Source of the DNA: Opitutales bacterium
Lineage (GTDB): Bacteria; Verrucomicrobiota; Verrucomicrobiia; Opitutales; UBA2987
DNA: 64,000 nucleotides
Direction of reading: 5' to 3'
Assembly (NCBI GenBank): GCA_021772535.1
Contig: JAJFLV010000004.1
Span: 19,006 to 83,005 of the forward strand
The notes beneath the pieces are model-generated. The model was not told the origin of the DNA, did not search any database, and saw only the letters and a program-made list of their open reading frames with translations. Shown one piece after another: positions 19,301 through 26,353 of the stretch (positions are counted from its first letter, which is position 1; every line of letters starts with the position of its first letter). The translations under genes were made by a program, and so were the position numbers.

Positions 19301-19492
19301 AATCACGATACCGTTTGTAATTACCTTGCCGGGGGCAATTACAACATCGGCCCCGACGAGTGCATGAATTCTGGGGGTGTTATCCCGCAAGCCGATTGTC
19401 GGGCCCGACGGAACCTGGCCGGACAGACTGGAAAGGGAGATCAGGGAAAGGAGGGAAAGCGCGCTCGTTTTTAAACGAGAATTCAGGTTCAT
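16307..19492 (-). CDS. Secreted two-module amidohydrolase-superfamily protein (degenerate N-module plus intact C-module)
   Basis: N-module: TIYPGFIESYTQLG has no HxH and ends with GSIKAGKIANLVVAEGNLF. C-module: LTPGLIDAHSHTAI has an intact HxH, followed by LLHGS, VHIHSY, FNSDD and GSLEPGKDADFVLW. The ATG at 19492 (MNLNSRLKTSALSLLSLISLSSLSG signal) is preferred to the GTG at 19516. Confidence 0.75.
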   Translation of the reverse strand: MNLNSRLKTSALSLLSLISLSSLSGQVPSGPTIGLRDNTPRIHALVGADVVIAPGKVITNGIVILRNGLIEAAGSESDLALPKEARVWRLEGKTIYPGFIESYTQLGLPKNLRSQKAKTEERSFGEGPAPDQPKPRFEGGAEHWNPLVSPQRIAATSIKINQKETAAMRELGFATALVAPSRGVFRGQGSVVNLSGKSLNNSLLEESAVQHIAFELTPWLSGNYPTSLMGATALIRQTFYDTRWHTERKNQEGKERSEANAAYEALAPASEGRQTVLFAAEDELDYERIARIAHEFDLSYALLGNGHEYRKTEMLRQMEATVILPLNFPEAPPVGNPDRALEISLEALQHWESAPANPAALAQADIPICFTANFLKSPGKSFWKNVRQAVANGLTESQALAALTTHPSKLLGLGSKLGSIKAGKIANLVVAEGNLFQDKNSKILSLWIDGRPYPTKASETIDPRGTWALTWTGAAGPAEWKISGKPKDLKVKANEESFLAKIEAKTVLAFPPATLFGWEKGVVRVSSVLKDGNLSGIGTLPDGSVFFWTGERTAPHSGKKENNSQPLPQHPESRRQTYPAGAYGLAGKPEQPATILIRNTTIWTCGASGVLGKADMLVHKGKIERIGQDLAVPEGAVVIDAEGWHLTPGLIDAHSHTAIARRVNEASHAVTLEVRIGDALDSTDIGLYRELAGGLTTANLLHGSANPMGGQNQVIKLRWGEDAEGLKFQGAMPGVKFALGENVKQSNWGDHVVTRYPQTRMGVEQIMRDTFKAAQDYERTWQAYRANPEGPAPRRNLRLDAALEILNSERLVHIHSYRQDEILTFARLAKEMGFTMGTFQHVLEGYKVADEIAAIGAGGSTFSDWWAYKFEVYDAISYNGALMHENGVLTSFNSDDNELARRLNTEAAKAVKYGGVSEEEALKFVTLNAAKQLRINQWVGSLEPGKDADFVLWSDHPLSSYSRAEQTWIEGRKYFDRKQDARQQALVLKERQRLIQKALDERLKKKGKHESDDKDLDKEDEPPNLEPENNYENENGWHEKEYRSIYHNGESVETCTGHETI

Positions 19493-19527
19493 TCGGGTTT
19501 TCTTTTGGTTGGCCACTCCCTTAAATT

Positions 19528-19544
19528 TGCTTATGTCATAAGCA
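19528..19544. promoter_or_regulatory. Perfect 17-bp palindrome, candidate operator in a divergent promoter region
   Basis: TGCTTATG-T-CATAAGCA (8-1-8, no mismatches). It lies 36 nt upstream of the amidohydrolase ATG (19492, - strand) and ~120 nt upstream of the M20 peptidase ATG (19666, + strand). Confidence 0.5.
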
Positions 19545-19665
19545 CAGAATTACCATGCACACTCAAGTCTTTATTTTTTTGGATTTTCCCCTGTGAGTGG
19601 TTGTTGGCCCGGCGTATCGGACGCCGTTCTTGACGTGGATAGTTTATCGACTTCTATTATTATCC

Positions 19666-20877
19666 ATGGACAAGTTCGAACCCTATTTGCGAGATATCGA
19701 AGCGGAAGCCGGAAAACTGTGCGACCTCCTTATTAGTTGGAGCGAAATAAATTCTGGCAGCCAAAATCCAGAGGGATTGTCGCGAATGCTGGAAGCTCTC
19801 AAAAAAGAGTTCAGCCGGCTTCCAGGCGAGATGAGCGAGGTTGAACTGCAGTCGGCAAGCTCGTTGCATCTTGGCGAGGGTCTAAGGATCGTTTGCCGCC
19901 CGCAGGCGCCTTTGCAAATATTTCTCAACGGGCACATGGATACGGTTTACGACCGAGAGCATCCTTTTCAGAAATGCCGGATGATTGATGAGAATACCCT
20001 CAACGGACCTGGAGTTGCCGACATGAAAGGCGGGCTCGTCGTCATGCTGAAAGCCCTGGAAGTCTTTGAACGCTCTCCTTTCGCCCAACATCTGGGCTGG
20101 GAGGTCTATATTGGCCCGGACGAGGAACTCGGTTCTCCCGGCAGCGCTCGATTTCTCGCGGATGCAGCTCAACGGCACCATCTGGGATTGGTGTTCGAAT
20201 CCTCTTTACGGGATGGTGCTTTGATCCGTCGGCGCAAGGGCGCCGGCAGGTTCCGGGCGATAGCCCAGGGCAGACCTGCCCATGTGGGTCGGGATTTTCA
20301 ACATGGTCGCAACGCCATCTCCGCCCTTTGCGATTTCGTTTTGAAAGTGCAAATGCTGAATGATCAAATTCCCGGAACCATCTTCAACGTTGGCAGTATC
20401 GATGGGGGAGGGCCGATCAACATCGTGCCCGACTTTGCGGCGGCTCAATTTAACATCCGCATCGACCAAAAAGAGGATATCGCCGTAATCCAAAATCACA
20501 TCGAAGATCTGCTGAGGGACACTAACCAGCGGGAAGGCTTGCATTTGGAGTGGGAAGGTGAATTTAACCGCGCGCCCAAGGAATTGACCCCGCAAATCGA
20601 ACAACTTTTCAATTACTACAAAGGCTGTGCCCTGGACCTCGGATTGAGTCTCGACTGGCGGGATTCGGGAGGTTGCAGCGACGGCAATAACTTGGCCGGG
20701 GCCGGATTGCCCAATCTTGACACCCTTGGAGTTCGCGGAGGCGACATCCACAGCGAACGCGAGCATGTTTACCTCGATAGCTTGCCCGAACGCGCCCGCC
20801 TGACCGCCCTTTTTCTCATGAAACTCGCCTCCGGCAAGATCACCCTACTCGAATCATTTCATCCGGGAACTGTATGA
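19666..20877 (+). CDS. M20-family metallopeptidase (carboxypeptidase G2-like)
   Basis: FLNGHMDTV, GPGVADMKGG and GPDEELGSPGS motifs typical of M20/M25/M40. The ATG at 19666 (MDKFEPYL) is preferred to the GTG at 19597. Confidence 0.8.
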   Translation: MDKFEPYLRDIEAEAGKLCDLLISWSEINSGSQNPEGLSRMLEALKKEFSRLPGEMSEVELQSASSLHLGEGLRIVCRPQAPLQIFLNGHMDTVYDREHPFQKCRMIDENTLNGPGVADMKGGLVVMLKALEVFERSPFAQHLGWEVYIGPDEELGSPGSARFLADAAQRHHLGLVFESSLRDGALIRRRKGAGRFRAIAQGRPAHVGRDFQHGRNAISALCDFVLKVQMLNDQIPGTIFNVGSIDGGGPINIVPDFAAAQFNIRIDQKEDIAVIQNHIEDLLRDTNQREGLHLEWEGEFNRAPKELTPQIEQLFNYYKGCALDLGLSLDWRDSGGCSDGNNLAGAGLPNLDTLGVRGGDIHSEREHVYLDSLPERARLTALFLMKLASGKITLLESFHPGTV

Positions 20878-20965
20878 GGAACAGAACACGCCTCCACCTG
20901 CCATCAAAGGAATTATAAAAATATGTATTCCGAACTGGACTGAATGGCACTACCTTAAGTATGAA

Positions 20966-21053
20966 ATCTTCCTCTTCGTTTTGCTCTTTCTCGTTTTTTC
21001 CTTAATTTCCGTAAGGTGTTGTTTTTAATGAATTAAGGGACGAAGAGGAGGAT
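20966..21053. repeat. Complex imperfect palindromic intergenic element (copy A of a repeated motif)
   Basis: Outer arms ATCTTCCTCTTCGT (20966-20979) / ACGAAGAGGAGGAT (21040-21053) have one G-U-compatible mismatch. Inner arms are CCTTAATT (21000-21007) / AATTAAGG (21031-21038). It lies between the convergent M20 and Gly-zipper genes. Confidence 0.6.
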
Positions 21054-21158
21054 TATTAAAAAACAGTCTCAAGTCTGTGCTGTTCCGAACTGGCTCCTTT
21101 ACGCCTTTTCATCAGTCAGAAATCAAGTATTGCCCGCTTTGATTCCTTGGGGTCAAAT

Positions 21159-21809
21159 TTATGATTCTGGACTTTCTCCTTCACCATTTGCTTTTTTCAA
21201 GGCTTCTAGCTGGGCCTCGAGTTCTAGAATTTTTGCCTCGGCTTCCTTCTCTCTATCAAGGGCTTCCTGAAGGGAATTATCCCGCGTTTTGGCTTCTGCT
21301 ACCTCGGTTTGAAGTTTTTTCAGCCGGCTTTCTGCTTCATCGGCTCGTTTTTGAGCCGCCCGGACTTCGATCGGAGTGATATTGTATCCTTCTTGAATGG
21401 AGAGACTTTCAGCTTGCTGCTTTGCTTCACTGGATTCTATTGCACGGATACCGGCAACCTCTTGGTGGTAAGCTCTTTCCTGAGCTGCCTGTTCCTGGTA
21501 TCTCTCCTCTTCATTATCCCGCACATCTTGAGAGTGACCCACGGCTCCGCCCAGAACGAGTCCACTGGCAGCGCCGATAGCGGCGCCTTTACCCGCGTCT
21601 CCAGCGGCGGCTCCAATTAAGGCCCCCAAAGCAGCGCCTCCAAGACCACCTTTGGTCGCCCCTTTCGCCCCTTGGCTCCATCCCTTCCGGTTATTTTTTG
21701 CACCATAGCCGGAATCGGTAAAAAATAGTATTGGAACAATCAACGAAAGTATGAGGACATTTCGATTAAACAATAGAAATAATTTTTGGGTTTTCATAAT
21801 ATCTTTCAT
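21159..21809 (-). CDS. Secreted glycine-zipper plus coiled-coil protein (hypothetical)
   Basis: Signal/TM segment (LFLLFNRNVLILSLIVPILFF). Gly-zipper GGLGGAALGALIGAAAGDAGKGAAIGAASGLVLGGAVG. Then a heptad-like E/A/K/Q-rich C-terminus. The start is uncertain (ATG at 21809 or 21797, GTG at 21833). Confidence 0.55.
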   Translation of the reverse strand: MKDIMKTQKLFLLFNRNVLILSLIVPILFFTDSGYGAKNNRKGWSQGAKGATKGGLGGAALGALIGAAAGDAGKGAAIGAASGLVLGGAVGHSQDVRDNEEERYQEQAAQERAYHQEVAGIRAIESSEAKQQAESLSIQEGYNITPIEVRAAQKRADEAESRLKKLQTEVAEAKTRDNSLQEALDREKEAEAKILELEAQLEALKKANGEGESPES

Positions 21810-22035
21810 TACAGGCTTTGACGATAAATGCACCTGTACCTTTCAGCCTTTTGGTTCACTTAGGCCAGAAAGGAACTTCTAAATCACCGATAATTAGCTG
21901 TGCAATAGCCTCTAACCATTACCATTGGAAATAGCGGTCCCTGTGAAGATGAGTTTTAAACACGGGCAGGACATAAAGTGCTATTATCGACAAGATTGGT
22001 ATAACCTCACATAAGGTTTGGACCAACTATACATA

Positions 22036-23208
22036 TCATAATTTTCTGACTGTGAAAAAAGATCCGCGAACAAACCTTTCGCCGTTCTCATCGACTTCAT
22101 GAAAAACCTGGATGGTGTCGGGCGCGACTTCGAGAATGTAGTTATAGGCCCCTGTATTGCTGAACTGGAAAGCCCCTTTCCATGAACGCCCGTCGTCATC
22201 TGAAAAGATGAGCCAATTCCCAGGCCGGCTGTAGGTGCAGACAATGAGACCGCTGCTCATCTTGACGAGATTGGGACAGACGCCCCGGTCCGCAATCTGA
22301 ACCGGCGGCGTCCAGCTTCGCCCGTTATCGCTTGAACGAGAACAATAAAGTGGAGTGGGGAAAAGGGTGGTGACACCGCCATTTCGTCCTCCGGATCTCA
22401 TCACGCAAAGCAGATCACCGTTGGCCGCCTGGACAATATCGGCCTCACGAAAACCTTCCTGTGTGATGGCCGGAACGATCGCTGTTGGACTAGCCCGGCT
22501 CTCTGGGATACTGTGACCGAGCATCTCGTGATCGTCCGGGATTCCGCGTCCCAGCATTTTATCATAAGCCACCAGCACGGGGTTGCCCCAAGTGTGGCCA
22601 TTGTCGTTGGAAAAAACCACGACCGTGCGGTATTTTCGCTGGTTCACCTCCGGCGGATACCCGTCGCATAATTCAGTGTCGCCCACATAATTACCGTACA
22701 TGGCGCCGATTAGGTTGCCGTTGGCCAAACGCAGGATTCCATGGTGGAAGAGAAAACCATCCACCCTTCCGCCGCTACCCGTAACGGCGTAGGAAGCCAT
22801 TGGGATGTCGAGCAGGGCCTCTTCCTCATCCACCGTCTGCCAGTTGTCCTTTGAACGGCGTTGTTTTAGTGTGAACTTGCCATCTGGACGCCGATGCGAG
22901 TTCCTGCTTATACCGAGAATTTCCCCTCCACCCAAGTCGATGACGACCTTTTCGCCCGGTCCTTCTATTCCGGGCTGAAATGTGTGGCCCCCGTCATAAG
23001 ACCAAAAACTTTCATTCCTGGCCCCTACAACAATGCGGCCATCCTCGAATTGGAATGCCATGGCCGATTTATGTGCTTCGATGGGAATGGATTCGCCGGG
23101 AATGATCTCAATTCCCGGTATTTCGGGAATTGAAAAATCGAAAGATCCAGCAACAGCGGATGCAGTTAGAAAAAATACCGAAATGGTTATTATAAAATTA
23201 CGATACAT
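22036..23208 (-). CDS. Secreted BNR-repeat / sialidase-fold (beta-propeller) protein
   Basis: Four Asp-box (SxDxGxTW-like) motifs: SYDGGHTF, SNDNGHTWG, SSDNGRSWT, SDDDGRSWK. Signal peptide from the ATG at 23208 (MYRNFIITISVFFLTASAVAG). Confidence 0.7.
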   Translation of the reverse strand: MYRNFIITISVFFLTASAVAGSFDFSIPEIPGIEIIPGESIPIEAHKSAMAFQFEDGRIVVGARNESFWSYDGGHTFQPGIEGPGEKVVIDLGGGEILGISRNSHRRPDGKFTLKQRRSKDNWQTVDEEEALLDIPMASYAVTGSGGRVDGFLFHHGILRLANGNLIGAMYGNYVGDTELCDGYPPEVNQRKYRTVVVFSNDNGHTWGNPVLVAYDKMLGRGIPDDHEMLGHSIPESRASPTAIVPAITQEGFREADIVQAANGDLLCVMRSGGRNGGVTTLFPTPLYCSRSSDNGRSWTPPVQIADRGVCPNLVKMSSGLIVCTYSRPGNWLIFSDDDGRSWKGAFQFSNTGAYNYILEVAPDTIQVFHEVDENGERFVRGSFFTVRKL

Positions 23209-23268
23209 ATCTTTACTCCTTTTGTAATTGATTGGAGCAGATTCCAATCACTCTACCGCGAAGAGCCT

Positions 23269-24204
23269 TTACTCTACCGCGAAGGGCCTTTCCTCGGCTT
23301 CCTCGGGATTCTTTTTATAGGTGAAGTTTTGTTTCATGCGAAGAAGGTTATCCATTACCCTTGGTGTTCCTTCCTCAATGGCGGCGATTCTCGGTATGGC
23401 CGCGGCCACGATGTCCAGGCAAACGGGATTCATGCGCTGGTAGATAGGGGGTATACCGGCCCATTCCCAATCCCCCAGGCCTTCCGCCGGGTTCGAGATG
23501 AGATTCAAGCAGGCGTAATGGATGCCTAGCTGCCGGGCATAGGACATTTCCGTGCCGTTGTTCATTGTTACGATGTCACCCCCCGAGTTTTTGAAAAATC
23601 GTATTTCGGCCGCGCTTTCAAAACGTCCACCGCGAGCCTGCACGAGGGTGCCTCCCTCCAGGATGTTCACGTCGATTAAATCTTCCCCGGCATGCAAAAC
23701 ACGCTGTCCTTCCTCCAGCAAAATCTGCCTCAGGAGCGGATCGGTGGCCGGATTCATGCGAGCTGTAACTCTGGCATCCGGTCCCATTACCTGGGGGACA
23801 ATGTAGGGTTTTCGGGTTGTGTTAAAGTCCATCAAATCCTCCGGCAGAACCAAGTCGGCATCATTGAGAAGAGGACTCAGTGACCCAGCCGTGGCACCGC
23901 CGATAATCTCTTTTACACCCAATTCATGGAGTGCGGCAAAAGTCTCTATCCATTTGCCCCCGCCATGGCCGTGGATATAATAAAAAGGCGTCTCCTCGAC
24001 CTCGCCATAGTGGATTTCGGGCGAAGTTCCGGCCTTTGTTTCCATGGTGAAACTTTCCTTCAGAAATCCAGAATCGAACATTGCGTCGTTGAGAAATGTC
24101 CCGCCCAGAATGGCAATTTTGGCCTCCGGGTAGCTTGTGGACTCCCTTTCTCCGTGCAGGCTTGATGAGAAAATCAGTATGAAAACAATTATGTATCTAA
24201 TCAT
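23269..24204 (-). CDS. PNP/MTAP-fold (PNP_UDP_1) nucleoside phosphorylase-like protein with predicted signal peptide
   Basis: By-eye alignment to trimeric PNP/MTAP proteins: IAILGG..., IHGHGG, GGATAGSL, GGRFESAAEIRFFKNSGGDIVTMNNGTE, LISNPAEG. The ATG at 24204 has an AAGGA 7 nt upstream and gives MIRYIIVFILIFSSSLHG. Confidence 0.6.
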   Translation of the reverse strand: MIRYIIVFILIFSSSLHGERESTSYPEAKIAILGGTFLNDAMFDSGFLKESFTMETKAGTSPEIHYGEVEETPFYYIHGHGGGKWIETFAALHELGVKEIIGGATAGSLSPLLNDADLVLPEDLMDFNTTRKPYIVPQVMGPDARVTARMNPATDPLLRQILLEEGQRVLHAGEDLIDVNILEGGTLVQARGGRFESAAEIRFFKNSGGDIVTMNNGTEMSYARQLGIHYACLNLISNPAEGLGDWEWAGIPPIYQRMNPVCLDIVAAAIPRIAAIEEGTPRVMDNLLRMKQNFTYKKNPEEAEERPFAVE

Positions 24205-24372
24205 TTTTTGTCCTTGATTAAGGTTTCTTTGGGTCAATTTCTTGAGAATTGAACAATAGCCGAATCCCGTTTACGAGGTCAACAACGGTGTGATCAGAGT
24301 AGGCCTGGAGGCTCACAATAAAGCAACCGGGCCTCCTTTACTTTGGTATTGATTGGGGTAAAATGAAGGGAA

Positions 24373-26334
24373 ATGAATCAGAAAATAAAAGCCCTCTGGA
24401 AAGGTCTTTGCAGGGTACCTGGCCATAAATCCACCTTAACATTAGCAACTTTTATTATGGCCTGTTTGTGTTACACCGGAACTGCGTCAAATGAAAATGA
24501 CAGAAATCCGCTCCGGCCTTACATTCCACTGGTTGATTCTTCCCCCGCGCTAACAGTTGAGGAAATTGGCGTACCTGTGCGATCGGTTACCTGGGTTAGG
24601 TTGCACCCCGGACGTGATGACGATGGGAAGCCCGTCATCTACGCCACCATGGGCCAGGTCGGTGGCGAATTGTTCCTTCTTCAGATCAATCCACTGACCG
24701 GTCAATTCAAACAATTTCAATCCTCGGTCAAGAATGCGAATTATCCCACCACAACACTCGTAAGCCGCTCCGGAAGCCTCTATATTGGCGCCACCCATGC
24801 CGGTCATCTTCTTCGATTTGATCCGGACAAAGAGATACTGGAAGACCTCGGATCTTTCCGGGAAATTGAGCACGCTTTTGTTTGCCGACTCGACGAAGAC
24901 CGGCAAGGCCGTATCTGGATCGGCAGTTTCGATAATGCTGAATTGGCGGTTTACAATCCTTCAACCGGAAAAATTACCCAATACGGCCGAATGGACGAAA
25001 CTGATCTGTATTGTTATCCCTACGTAAATGTGGACGGGATGATTGTCTGTGACATCAAATTTTCCCGCCAGCATGTCCTTATTTTTAATCCCGCCACGGG
25101 AGAACGGCGAAAAGTAGGGCCGACGGCGGAGGCGGACAAAGATAAGTTCGAAGTCCTCAAGGACGCGGCGGGGCAGGTTTACATCAAATCCAGTCTGGGG
25201 AATTATCGTATCGAAGGCATGACCGCAGTCCCGATAGATAAGGTTCCCGATCCGCCCGCAGCGCCTACCCTCCCGGATGGCAGCACCTTTGCCTTCATCG
25301 ATGAAAACATACAACGGAACCGCACCCTGGAAGTCCGCAAGCCCGACGGAACGGTGCGTCAGTTCGAGCTCGATTACAAAACTGATGGGACCGAAATTCA
25401 CTATCTTCACACGGGCCCAGACGGTTTGCTTTATGGCTCCAGCATGCTGCCTGAGCACTTTTTCCGCTACAACCCCAAGAGCGGCGAGTTGCTCGATTTA
25501 GGCGTCTGCTCAACAGCCACCGGAGAGGCATATTCAATGGCTAACCTGGACGGCAAAATCTACATCGGCTCCTATCCGAAGGCAATGTTGTCGGTTTATG
25601 ATCCGGCTCTTCCCTATCATATCGGGTTGGAGCCCGGCGACAATCCGCGCGAAGTAGGTCGGATTGACGAAAGATCGAACCGGCCGCGTTCCGCCTTGGC
25701 CGGACCACTGGGGCGTGTTTGGTTTGCATCGAGACCCGAGTATGGGTTTTCAGGCGGTCCGCTCGCCTGGTACGATCCCGCCACGGAATCCCGGCACTCC
25801 TATTTCGGGCTTGCCGGCAAAGGGAGCTGTTTCGTTCTCGCACACCTGCCGGAAGAGCGCCTCTTGGCCGTCGGGACAAGCCGCAAAGCCGGTGCTGGAA
25901 TTATCTCGGCCGAGCAAGCCCAACTCTTTCTGTGGGACTACGAGGGCGAAAAAAAAGTGTGGGAAGGTACCCTCGGACGGCCCGTTTTTCAGTTCAACGC
26001 GCTTCACATGGGAGCCGATAATCGGCTCTACGGAACGGCTTTTGACAAAAACGGAGCCCCTCCGGAATTCTTTGTTTTTGATACTAAAAAACGTGTTTTC
26101 ATCGAACGTCACGCGGTGCCGGGAGAAAAGCCGCTGGATCTGGGTTTGCAACAGGGTCCCGATGGAAACATTTACGGTGTCACCAAAAATGGGATCTATC
26201 GCTACGATCCGTCCACTTCGCAGTTGGAGGTGATTTACCGGGATACGGAGGAGATCTACGTGGCCGGGCCCATAATGGGACAATGGATGTACCTTTCCAC
26301 GCTTCATCGGCTGCGTGCGGTCAAACTATTCTAG
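24373..26334 (+). CDS. Hypothetical secreted beta-propeller repeat protein
   Basis: 653 aa with a hydrophobic N-terminus. It has about 7-8 repeats of the type hhYhGs....L.hYDP.tG.h..hG (e.g. LYIGATHAGHLLRFDPDKE, KIYIGSYPKAMLSVYDPAL, NIYGVTKNGIYRYDPSTSQ). Confidence 0.45.
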   Translation: MNQKIKALWKGLCRVPGHKSTLTLATFIMACLCYTGTASNENDRNPLRPYIPLVDSSPALTVEEIGVPVRSVTWVRLHPGRDDDGKPVIYATMGQVGGELFLLQINPLTGQFKQFQSSVKNANYPTTTLVSRSGSLYIGATHAGHLLRFDPDKEILEDLGSFREIEHAFVCRLDEDRQGRIWIGSFDNAELAVYNPSTGKITQYGRMDETDLYCYPYVNVDGMIVCDIKFSRQHVLIFNPATGERRKVGPTAEADKDKFEVLKDAAGQVYIKSSLGNYRIEGMTAVPIDKVPDPPAAPTLPDGSTFAFIDENIQRNRTLEVRKPDGTVRQFELDYKTDGTEIHYLHTGPDGLLYGSSMLPEHFFRYNPKSGELLDLGVCSTATGEAYSMANLDGKIYIGSYPKAMLSVYDPALPYHIGLEPGDNPREVGRIDERSNRPRSALAGPLGRVWFASRPEYGFSGGPLAWYDPATESRHSYFGLAGKGSCFVLAHLPEERLLAVGTSRKAGAGIISAEQAQLFLWDYEGEKKVWEGTLGRPVFQFNALHMGADNRLYGTAFDKNGAPPEFFVFDTKKRVFIERHAVPGEKPLDLGLQQGPDGNIYGVTKNGIYRYDPSTSQLEVIYRDTEEIYVAGPIMGQWMYLSTLHRLRAVKLF

Positions 26335-26353
26335 CCTGGGTGGGAATTTCCCC

